Positions 28,318 to 37,083 of a stretch of 64,000 nucleotides of DNA are shown here, in pieces. This stretch comes from Blastocatellia bacterium. GTDB lineage: Bacteria; Acidobacteriota; Blastocatellia; Chloracidobacteriales; JADJPF01. The notes below the pieces were generated by a model. That model saw only the letters and a list, made by a program, of their open reading frames with translations. It searched no databases and was not told the DNA's origin. Numbering within the stretch: position 1 is the stretch's first letter; each line of letters begins with the position of its first letter. Location of the stretch: contig JADJPF010000020.1 in assembly GCA_016713405.1 (NCBI GenBank), forward strand, positions 616,862 through 680,861, read 5' to 3'. Both the position numbers and the translations under genes were made by a program.

Positions 28318-28962
28318 ATGCTGCCCAAAGTCAGTGCAGCAAAAACACCAGCAAATCCTGTTACTTCCACAAAAACGCCAGCTAACTCTGCTGTTTTACC
28401 AAAAGTTTCTCAAGTGGAAAAACCTACCGCAAGTAACACTGATAGTAAGTTTACTACCAGGAAGTATGCTATTAAACCATTACCACCAAATATAGATCTA
28501 TTTCAAAGTGAGTCTTCTCAACCTACTACAATAGAAAATAAATCTACTACAGATGGCTTAACTATCCCTACTATAGATAAAGAAACTCCACCTATTAATC
28601 AATTACCAGAATTTGAAATTACATCTGATGAAGAAAAAGAAACTTCACATAAAATAAATGAATCAATACCTACAACTTTTAGTATTAACTTATCAAATCC
28701 AGAAGCAATGGGTATTGAAATTATGCAGCTTTATAATCAATTTTGGGACACTTGTCGCCGAGTTGGTAAACCTACTATTATTCCAGAATATGAAGAATTT
28801 AAGGATCTCGTTATAACAAAAGCTAATAAATTAAAAAAACAATTTCATTGTGATGAAATTGCTTTTATTGTGATCACAGAAGAAGATCAAGCTTATATAG
28901 ATTGTCAGGTAAATCGCACTAGTAATTTCCTAAAAACCCCACCTAAGTTTAGATTATTATAG
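28318..28962 (+). CDS. Pro/Thr-rich protein with a small C-terminal domain; probably the C-terminus of the preceding reading frame
   Basis: Same frame as 27457-28311, separated only by TAA 28309-28311. The C-terminal IMQLYNQFWDTCRRVGKPTIIPEYEEFKDLVITKANKLKKQFHCDEIAFIVITEEDQAYIDCQV resembles, from memory, the myxobacterial MXAN_5187-type C-terminal domain. Confidence 0.45.
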   Translation: MLPKVSAAKTPANPVTSTKTPANSAVLPKVSQVEKPTASNTDSKFTTRKYAIKPLPPNIDLFQSESSQPTTIENKSTTDGLTIPTIDKETPPINQLPEFEITSDEEKETSHKINESIPTTFSINLSNPEAMGIEIMQLYNQFWDTCRRVGKPTIIPEYEEFKDLVITKANKLKKQFHCDEIAFIVITEEDQAYIDCQVNRTSNFLKTPPKFRLL

Positions 28963-29189
28963 TATTTTTTCTTAAGATCGGTATTTTTGCTAGAATAACA
29001 AATAAAATTATCTAACTAATCCAATACAATTTTTGTTAAAATGGATTTTTACTTTGATAATTTCACAAGAAATAGATATTGTTTTATTAAAATCTTAACA
29101 AAATTTTAACAATTATTTCTCACACTAAAAAAACTGTTAAGTATGTGTTTGTAACATGTTGATTTAGTTCAACTTAAACGGGAATCTAT

Positions 29190-31820
29190 ATGTCTGAGCT
29201 AAAAGAAAATTTTATCCCACAAATACTACTAGACTATTACTTTAATCAAAGAACAGGTATTCTTACCATTAAACAGCAATCTGTCCGTAAGACTATACAT
29301 TTTGAAAATGGTAATATCGTTTTTGCTACTAGTAATTTAGAAACTGAGCAGTTAGGTCAATATCTTCTTAGTTGCAACTTACTTACTTTACAACAATTAG
29401 AAGAAGTAAATAAATTAGTCCAAGAAAACCGACGTTTTGGAAAAAGTTTAGTTCAACTAGGTTATTTTCAGACAGAAGCATTACCAGCGATGTTTCAACA
29501 GCAAATAATAAGCATTATTACTAGTATGTTTATATGGCAAAACTTTGATAATCGTTTTACTCGTTGTGCATTGCCAGAATATGAAGTTAAAAATCTTATT
29601 TCTGTACCACAAATTTTATTAGCTGGATTTCGTGAACTAACTGATCTCTCAGTAGTTGAGCAAATTTTGGGTAATTTTCAAGCACCATTAAAACTAGCTA
29701 AACCGCTAGTAGAAATTCGTAAGCAAATAATTTTAAGTCCCCAAGAAGATATTTTATTAGGTAGGTTAGAAAATATTACTTTTAATATTAATGAAATAAT
29801 AAAACTAGCTTCTTTTCCTAAAGAACTAATCCTAAAAACTTTGGCTACCTTGCAATTACTAGGATATTTATCTGTTTCTGCTGAACCAATTAGTTTGACT
29901 AATTTAGTAGAACAAAGTAAGGGAACTAAAACAGAACATAATAGCGGTAAAACAGGGGATTTAATGCAACAAATGGCTAGTTTACTTATAGAGTCCTCTA
30001 GTCCAAGTTTACAAGAAAAATTACCTAATGTTTCTCCTGTAATACATAGTAAAACAGCTAACGTGCCAGATTCACAAAATACTTCTAAAGCTTATGTTGA
30101 TAATAGTTTAGATACACGTTCAGCAATGGAATTTTATTATCAAGTTGAATCAAAAGTAAGAGCTATAAATTCTCAAGCTTCTATTTATGAAGTACTAGAA
30201 GTAGATATTAGCTCTAGTTTGACACAAATAAATGTTTCTTATCAAAAACTAAGTAATTACTTTAACCCGAGTAGGCAAAAAGAGTTACAAGCTTATAACA
30301 TGGATGTTAGTTCACACATAAATTATATAAATACTGCTCTCAATCAACCCTATCAAATATTAATTACCCAACAATCTCAAAACAAAACAAATAATGCTAG
30401 TTCTTCTGGCAATAAAACAGCACCTATTGCCAAAACACCTAGTTCTCAAACTGTATTACCTTCTACAAGTCCAAATACAAATTCAAAAACTTCTCTTAAT
30501 TATCAAGAAATAATGGAGTTTTGTTATCTTATAGAAAATAAGTTAAATCAAATTCGTGCTAATGCAACTCATTATCAAGTATTGGAGCTAGAACGAAGTG
30601 CAACAAAAGATATGATTGAACAGTCATATACTAATTTGATGAGGCAATTTGATATAAAAAAACAAGAAAACTTGACAGCGTATGGAATGAATATGTCTTT
30701 GCAGTTGGAAGAAATTTCTAGGGCAATCCGCTTAGCTGTAGAAGTTTTATCTAATCCGCATAAAAGAAACTTATATGATGATCAAACAGGTAAAATGTTA
30801 CGTAGAAATACAGGTCAATATAATACTTTACCAAATCCACAAGAACAAAAAATAGTTTCTACAGATAATAAATATGCTTCTCCAATTACAGGCTCTAAAT
30901 ATCAACCTTCTCCACCAAGGCCAACTCCATCAGCAATGCCATCTCTAAAAGTAGATTCTAAAACAGGTAGTCAGCTATCTAATCAGGCCCCAAAGACAAG
31001 TGGTAGTTATTCCTTAAACCCTGAGTTGCTTCGCTCTAATGCTGGTACTCGTCCAAATACAAATGAATTGGTTGACCCTAATAAATCTAGTGCAGGTACT
31101 AAAATACCAACTAATCTTCCTAATACTAATCAAAGTCCAGTACGCTCTAATCCTGGTGCAAAACCTTCTATAGTAATTGATACAACTAGCAATATACGCC
31201 CAACTATTACACCTTTAGCAGCTTCTCGCGCACAGTTTAATCAGCCAGCAGTACCTGTGGCGCAAGTACCGACACCACCCATTAATGAGCCTACTACTAA
31301 TAATAGCGTTGCTAAACAATCAACTCCCACAACTCCTATAACTCCTACAAATGAATTACCCTCACAAAATAGGCCATCTCCTGGAGGTAAAAGCAAATCT
31401 TTTACAGCCGCAGAATATTACTTAAAATCTATTGAGTTTTGTGATGAAAAAAAATATGTTGAAGCAATAGAAATGTTAATGATGGCAATAAAAATTTCTT
31501 CAAAAGACGCAGAATACTGGGCCCAACTTGCTCGTGCTTATAATCATTTGCCTGGTTATGAAAATGATGCAGAATTTGGTTATCAAAAAGCTATTGAATG
31601 TGCGCCTAGAGATAGCAACTATTTGTTAGAGTTAGGGGATTTTTATCGCAATCACAATAAAATAGATAAAGCCATAGAAACCTATCAGGATGCGTTAAGA
31701 GTAAATCCTAATGGTAAACGTGCTAGACAAGCATTAGAAGAAATAGAAAAAGAGGAAACAGATACTAAATCTGGCACAAAACCTAAAGGTTTTTGGTCAA
31801 AACTCCTTGGTCAAGAATAG
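29190..31820 (+). CDS. DUF4388-like N-terminal domain, two degenerate J-like domains, Pro/Ser/Thr-rich linker, C-terminal TPR
   Basis: N-terminus ILLDYYFNQRTGILTIKQQSVRKTIHFENGNIVFATSN..LGQYLL fits the DUF4388 pattern. J-like modules lie at about 30126-30359 and 30513-30779 (IYEVLEV.., HYQVLEL..LSNPHKRNLYD) and lack HPD. TPR-like units fall in the last ~130 residues. Confidence 0.6.
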   Translation: MSELKENFIPQILLDYYFNQRTGILTIKQQSVRKTIHFENGNIVFATSNLETEQLGQYLLSCNLLTLQQLEEVNKLVQENRRFGKSLVQLGYFQTEALPAMFQQQIISIITSMFIWQNFDNRFTRCALPEYEVKNLISVPQILLAGFRELTDLSVVEQILGNFQAPLKLAKPLVEIRKQIILSPQEDILLGRLENITFNINEIIKLASFPKELILKTLATLQLLGYLSVSAEPISLTNLVEQSKGTKTEHNSGKTGDLMQQMASLLIESSSPSLQEKLPNVSPVIHSKTANVPDSQNTSKAYVDNSLDTRSAMEFYYQVESKVRAINSQASIYEVLEVDISSSLTQINVSYQKLSNYFNPSRQKELQAYNMDVSSHINYINTALNQPYQILITQQSQNKTNNASSSGNKTAPIAKTPSSQTVLPSTSPNTNSKTSLNYQEIMEFCYLIENKLNQIRANATHYQVLELERSATKDMIEQSYTNLMRQFDIKKQENLTAYGMNMSLQLEEISRAIRLAVEVLSNPHKRNLYDDQTGKMLRRNTGQYNTLPNPQEQKIVSTDNKYASPITGSKYQPSPPRPTPSAMPSLKVDSKTGSQLSNQAPKTSGSYSLNPELLRSNAGTRPNTNELVDPNKSSAGTKIPTNLPNTNQSPVRSNPGAKPSIVIDTTSNIRPTITPLAASRAQFNQPAVPVAQVPTPPINEPTTNNSVAKQSTPTTPITPTNELPSQNRPSPGGKSKSFTAAEYYLKSIEFCDEKKYVEAIEMLMMAIKISSKDAEYWAQLARAYNHLPGYENDAEFGYQKAIECAPRDSNYLLELGDFYRNHNKIDKAIETYQDALRVNPNGKRARQALEEIEKEETDTKSGTKPKGFWSKLLGQE

Positions 31821-31934
31821 TTTTTATTTTATCTAACAACTATCCTCCTTACTATGCTTGCTGTTTATAAAACATTTTTTTATAATAGCCAAGTTTTGCA
31901 GTCACAAACTATAGATTACTTAAAATAACTTCTT

Positions 31935-32021
31935 GGAGAGGTGGCTGAGTGGTTTAAAGCAACGGTCTTGAAAACCGTCGTAGGGTTACTCCTACCGTGG
32001 GTTCAAATCCCACCCTCTCCG
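31935..32021 (+). tRNA. tRNA-Ser (anticodon UGA)
   Basis: Acceptor stem GGAGAGG/CCTCTCC. Anticodon stem ACGGT/ACCGT with loop CTTGAAA. Long variable arm GTAGG-GTTACT-CCTAC. T arm GTGGG-TTCAAAT-CCCAC. Discriminator G. CCA is not encoded. Confidence 0.95.
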
Positions 32022-32031
32022 TAAATAAAAA

Positions 32032-32059
32032 AGCTCTAGTATGTACTAGAGCTTTTTTA
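32032..32059. terminator. bidirectional intrinsic terminator between the tRNA and the convergent OMP gene
   Basis: 10-bp stem agctctagta/tactagagct with a 2-nt centre. The palindrome extends to 23-bp arms (ccgtaaataaaaaagctctagta / tactagagcttttttatttacgg), with an A-run and a T-run on either side. Confidence 0.7.
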
Positions 32060-32081
32060 TTTACGGAACTAAAATAAGAAA

Positions 32082-33455
32082 CTAAAATTTATAAGTTAAC
32101 ATACTATAGGCAAAAGAAACTTTAGCTCCCATAGTTGCTTCTTTCCAAAAATCTCCAGGTATCCAGCGACCATAACCGTTTTCTAAATCAACTCATGGAC
32201 GTAAATTATAAGTAGCTCTTATATCTATTTCTTGGGCGACATGATTTGATTTTGCTCCCATTGCAACACGAGCAATTAAATTTCCACCAGCGTTATAAAG
32301 GCCATCCCGACGTTTAGCTAGCCAAATTGAATGATAATCAAGCTGCAATTTTAGTTTTTTATGTGCCTGCCAAACACTACCTACCCAAACATCGTGCATA
32401 TTACGTAAACCAACTAAATCAGTTAATCCATATTTTGCATGTCCTGTAGGAAATAACTGGTCAAATGTTCCTCTAACACGATCATTAGGACTGGCATCTC
32501 CAGAAGCATGATTATATTCAACAAAAAGTGTAGGAATATTTTCTTTTTTGGAGAAAGTATAGTTAATTTTACTATGAGCAGCATAAGCCCTAACATCATC
32601 AGTTGAAAAAGAGCCTCTTTGCAGCATTAAATCAACTTCATAGTTTATTTTTGGATTTAATGCACCTATAAGATTTGTTCCTAAGGTGACAATGTTAGCT
32701 GAACCAATTAGACCGTTTTCGCTACGTACAAGTGGACGCTCAGTTTTCCAAAATAAATATGTATTAAGTGTGGTTTTAGGAGCTATTTTTGGAAGTTTAA
32801 GATATGCCCCATATAAGTTTTTACCATCTCTATGACGGTCAAATACAGTATTATCAACATTTACAACTGAAGAAGCAAAAACTTCTAGTCCATAATTTTT
32901 TTGGCTATAACCAATTTTAATTGCATCAAAAGTCCTTGATGTGTTAGTCCAATTAAGGCTTCCAATTAAACGCTGATCTCCAAAATTTAGTTCTTGACGG
33001 CCTGCTTTTACTGACCAACCAACTTTAGATTTTTGTTGCCATTCAATATAAGCTTGTCTTAAGTCAATACTATTAGCATGTATTGTTGGAGTTGGTTTGC
33101 TGTTAAATCCAAAAACTCGTGAGTCTTGAGCTTGTAGGAAAATTTTTAAGTTTTCTGTAGGCTTTATAGTTAAATCTAAGCGAATCCTAGAAAGACTATA
33201 AAGGTCATCTCGGTTTCTTTGACCATTAATACCAGAAAATCCCTCTACTCTTAATCTATATTCACCAGAAAAACTCAACCATTTAGGAAGTTCTTTATTT
33301 ATTTCATCAGAGATTGGGGTACTTGATACTTTTTGTGTTTGTCCATTAACCTCACTAACATAAATTATTACTATAAGAAATAAGAATGCTAATTTTGTTA
33401 TTAAGTTATTCATAATTTTTGCCCCCAAGTATATAGTTTTACAACTTTTAAGCAA
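32082..33455 (-). pseudogene. outer-membrane beta-barrel, alginate-export (AlgE-like) family, in-frame TGA near the 3' end
   Basis: Signal peptide, WLSFSGEYRLRVEGF, and an alternating beta-strand pattern. ORF 32193-33455 stops at TGA 32193-32195, but the same frame runs 36 more codons to ..KVSFAYSMLTYKF-TAG, a typical OMP C-terminal signal ending in Phe. Confidence 0.7.
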
Positions 33456-33707
33456 TTTTTATTCCAGCAATTAATCTATTGATAGGACAGCTTTTATAGG
33501 TTTTAAATAATTGTTTTTGCGAACATTTCACCAAATTTAGCAAAAGATTTTTAATTTTCCCCATTCCTAGACAACCATTTTTAACTATACAATTTTAAGA
33601 ATTTTTAATTCGTATTATTACTATTATGCAATTTTATTCTAACTTAAGATCTAACTTGTAGTAAAACAAGAGCTTTATCTTATTAAATAGAAATAGTTTT
33701 ATCAAAT

Positions 33708-33735
33708 TTATATTAAACCTACTGGTTTAATATAA
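33708..33735. promoter_or_regulatory. perfect 12-bp inverted repeat in a divergent intergenic region (possible operator)
   Basis: ttatattaaacc-tact-ggtttaatataa lies between the divergent starts 33455 (-) and 33869 (+). Confidence 0.3.
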
Positions 33736-33868
33736 GTTTGGAATAATGGTTGCTTTATTTGTTGCTCAAATAAGCTAGATAAAGTTCTTAGAAATTTAAG
33801 TTTAATCTTTCTAAAGATATAGGCTAGATAAAATACTACTTATTAGTATTAAAGTAAGAGGAGGGATT

Positions 33869-35755
33869 ATGAAACAGGTAATATTTACACTACTATTAAT
33901 TTTGATTAGCCTTAATGTATTGCCATCAAATACTTTAGCTCAAATTACTAATCATGATCGAATACCTCAAGCAGCAATGGCAAAACCTGAAATAAGAATG
34001 GCTGTTAAAGAGCCTGATTTTTTTACAAAAATGGTAAGAATAACAGATAGCCAAACTGCTAATATGAAAGGCTCTTTCCCACTTTTGTCTAAACGCCAAG
34101 CTTGGAACATAGACGAAAGCTTAATGATTCTAAAAAATGGCGATGATTCTGTTTTACTTTATGATGCTCAAACTTATGAGTTTAAGAAAATACTAATGGG
34201 TGTATCGGGCCAAGACATCTTTTGGCATCCAACCGACCCTTTTTCAATAATTTACAACCCAGGAAATGCACTCTATTCTTACAATGTAATTACTGATGAA
34301 GTAAAACTTATTCGCTCTTTTTCTGAGTATGTTATAGCAAGTAGTCGTGGTGAAGGTAATCTGTCTGATAATGGTCGCTATTATGCCTTTATTGGTGAAA
34401 CTAATAAACTTCAAAGTCTTAAGCTAGAACATTTAGTTCTTTATGATCTTTGGATGGATAAAATTGTAGGCCAAAAAACATTTCTTAATAGATTTGCTGA
34501 TTTTTCAGGAATCTCTGTTTCTCCAAAAGGAAATTTTATTGTTGTTCATTACCAAACAGAAATGAATACTTTCTTTCATGCAATAGAAGTTTATGATCAA
34601 AATTTTAATGTTTTATGGCGAGATAACTTAGATATTAAACATAGCGATTTGGCTATAGATTCTAATGGAATGGAAGTATTAGTTGCTAGCCGTTATAAAC
34701 TAGAAACTAATGCTACTGTGATTGAAAAATATCGCCTAATTGATGGAGAAATGACAACATTATTAACTCTTTCTCCAGAATTTAATGCTAGTGTTTCTTG
34801 TCGTAATGCTATGCGTTATGGCTGGTCTTTAATTAGTACTTATGATAACCAAGCACGTTTAACAGATAGTATAGACAATTGGCTACCATTTGAAGATGAA
34901 ATTTTTTTATTAAATATGGATGGCAGTCAAAGAGTACAACGTCTTGCACATCATCGTAGCCGTCGTTTTTCTCCTACTACTCCAGATGCTTATAACAGCA
35001 TTGCTCAAGCTGAACCACAAGCCACGATTAGTAAAAATTTAGATAGAGTATTATTTGCTAGTAATTGGCGAGAAAATGTAGAAAGTATGCCTAGCATAGA
35101 CACTTATTTAGTAGATACACGTAGCTTAACCACTATTTTGAAAGATTTTCGTATTGAACTAGATCGCTCTAAAATACTAACTCAAGCTGGCAATATTGCA
35201 GATTTTTCCTTAGAAGTTAAATCATTTGCTGCTGTTAAAGATGTTGTAGACCTAGACATTAACATTAGTCCTAATCCAGAAAACTTTAGAGTATTTTTTA
35301 CTAGCTCTGTTGTAAAAGGTGAAAACATTAAAGTTAGTATAATGGTGCTAAATAAAACTCCTATGGGTAAATATTTAGTACATATTACAGGTCGATCAGG
35401 TCAAGTTATTCATAATTATGGATTAATGCTACAAGTTGGATCCGTTGAGCAAGATTTTCGTATCCGATTACAACCATCATCAATGACACTTCGACAAGGT
35501 GAAAGCTTTCCTGTAATGATAGGTATAGAACGCTTTAATGGTTTTTCTGATGAAGTAATGATTTGGGTAGCTGATACTAAGCAATTAAAGATAAAAGCAG
35601 CCCCAACAGTAGTAACAACCATTGATGCAATGGCAGAGATAACGCTAAAAGCTAGAAATAAAACACCACTAGGGACACATTTAGTTAGGTTTTTAGCTAA
35701 AGATTCTAGCGGTAGAATACAAATGGCAACAATGAATTTAACCGTAATTGAATGA
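33869..35755 (+). CDS. secreted protein: beta-rich N-terminal region plus two tandem Ig-like C-terminal repeats of about 98 aa
   Basis: Signal peptide MKQVIFTLLLILISLNVLPSNTLA. Repeats at aa 426-523 and 529-626 both begin DFRI and share NKTP(M/L)G. TGA stop is followed by a terminator. Confidence 0.5.
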   Translation: MKQVIFTLLLILISLNVLPSNTLAQITNHDRIPQAAMAKPEIRMAVKEPDFFTKMVRITDSQTANMKGSFPLLSKRQAWNIDESLMILKNGDDSVLLYDAQTYEFKKILMGVSGQDIFWHPTDPFSIIYNPGNALYSYNVITDEVKLIRSFSEYVIASSRGEGNLSDNGRYYAFIGETNKLQSLKLEHLVLYDLWMDKIVGQKTFLNRFADFSGISVSPKGNFIVVHYQTEMNTFFHAIEVYDQNFNVLWRDNLDIKHSDLAIDSNGMEVLVASRYKLETNATVIEKYRLIDGEMTTLLTLSPEFNASVSCRNAMRYGWSLISTYDNQARLTDSIDNWLPFEDEIFLLNMDGSQRVQRLAHHRSRRFSPTTPDAYNSIAQAEPQATISKNLDRVLFASNWRENVESMPSIDTYLVDTRSLTTILKDFRIELDRSKILTQAGNIADFSLEVKSFAAVKDVVDLDINISPNPENFRVFFTSSVVKGENIKVSIMVLNKTPMGKYLVHITGRSGQVIHNYGLMLQVGSVEQDFRIRLQPSSMTLRQGESFPVMIGIERFNGFSDEVMIWVADTKQLKIKAAPTVVTTIDAMAEITLKARNKTPLGTHLVRFLAKDSSGRIQMATMNLTVIE

Positions 35756-35797
35756 TTTTTTCGTGACAAGCTATTGCTTGTCTTCCCTCAAAAATAG

Positions 35798-35827
35798 GAA
35801 GGTGTAGATAAACTAATCTACACCTTC
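35798..35827. terminator. intrinsic terminator between convergent genes
   Basis: 12-bp stem gaaggtgtagat/atctacaccttc with a 6-nt loop and a T-rich tail. Confidence 0.6.
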
Positions 35828-35860
35828 TTAGTTTTTATACAGTAAATTTTTAATCTTAAC

Positions 35861-36591
35861 TTAGCTAGAAGTTTTATAATGACTTAATTCATTACTAATA
35901 TTACTATATAAGTCTGTTTGCCATAGATATTCTATTTTTAACTCTTCTATTTTTCGTTTTCTTAAATCTATTGGAGCAATAATAATTTTAGTTTTGTCCT
36001 TTCCAACTGAATAAACTGTATAGAAAAGCTCTTCTATAGCCGTATCTCCAATAGGAATACAGCCAATTGTCACCGCTTTTCCATGAATAAAAATGTCGCC
36101 ACCTAAATTTGTTCTTGCTTGCTGGCTAGCAATTTTTCTATCAAACTGATTAGGATAATTTACTTTGATGGATAAATGATAGCTGCTATTAGGGTTAAGA
36201 CCTTCTGCCCTGTAGATTCCTTCTGGAATTTGACGATCTCCTTCTTTTAGCTTTGGCCCTAATTTTCCGCTAAATGCTGTAAAATCATAGGTCTTAATTA
36301 GTTGCCAGCTATCCTTTTTCCCCAAACTTCTAGCTTTTTCTCATCCTTTAATGCAATCAATGTAAGTTCTTTAAATTCATTAAAATTAATTGGCAATCGC
36401 TTCTTAACATCTGACTCAATGGTTTGAATTGCTTCTATTGTTGTTCGTTTTCCTGCTAATTTATATTTAATATTTTCAGACAGGGAAGAACGATAAAAAT
36501 AAATTGCTGTAATAAAAATAACACCTACCACCAATAAAACTATTAATTTATTATTAGCTATTTTATTTGGCAGATCTTTTTTCTCACCCAT
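35861..36591 (-). pseudogene. L,D-transpeptidase family protein (YafK-like), one frameshift
   Basis: 36298-36591 (N-terminal TM, ..KKLEVWGK) and 35861-36325 (DSWQLIKTYDF..GPKLKEGDRQIPEGIY..IHG..GCIPI) join by a 1-nt change in the homopolymer tract 36315-36323. Confidence 0.7.
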
Positions 36592-36597
36592 AAACAG

Positions 36598-36999
36598 TTA
36601 ATCCATATAAACTGCAACAGAGGTTTCTGTTTCCCAAAGTTTTACAGATATAACAGGGAGGTTTTGCAAGCGAGCATAATCAAAAATTAATTTAGCAATA
36701 TTTTCTGCTGTTGGATTTTCCTTCATTGTGTAAAAAACTTCATTACATTCTGTAAGTATTGGTACTAGAGGGTCATCTTCTCTTAGTAAAAGTTTATGGT
36801 CAAGTTCTGACATAATCCAATTTTGTACAATATTTTTAATATCAACAAAATCAACAACCATTCCCCGATAATCTAATTTATCTGTAGCTAAGGTAATTTC
36901 TACACGGCCATTATGACCATGCAAATCCTTACATTTTTTTGCGTAATCTCTTAACCTATGACCGTAAGAGAAGGAAATTTCTTTTGTTACTTGAAACAT
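36598..36999 (-). CDS. queD: 6-carboxytetrahydropterin synthase QueD / 6-pyruvoyl-tetrahydropterin synthase family
   Basis: ISFSYGHRLRDY..CKDLHGHNGRVEITL, size about 133 aa. Confidence 0.8.
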   Translation of the reverse strand: MFQVTKEISFSYGHRLRDYAKKCKDLHGHNGRVEITLATDKLDYRGMVVDFVDIKNIVQNWIMSELDHKLLLREDDPLVPILTECNEVFYTMKENPTAENIAKLIFDYARLQNLPVISVKLWETETSVAVYMD

Positions 37000-37083
37000 T
37001 AAGCTTACTCCGAAATATTGGCTAAAATGACTTTGTATTTTGGCGATAATAAAGAAATAAGTAAAGAGGACTTTGATTTAGAA

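Noticed and set aside
25064-28962. The BrxC-like NTPase head as part of a BREX or other phage-defence system.
   Set aside because: No PglX-type methyltransferase, PglZ, BrxL/Lon, nuclease or other defence partner lies within at least 20 kb on either side. The neighbours are signalling/scaffold-type proteins.
31935-32100. tRNA-Ser as an integration site for a genomic island.
   Set aside because: No integrase and no repeat of the tRNA 3' end downstream. The flanking genes (a porin and a TPR/J-like protein) look chromosomal.
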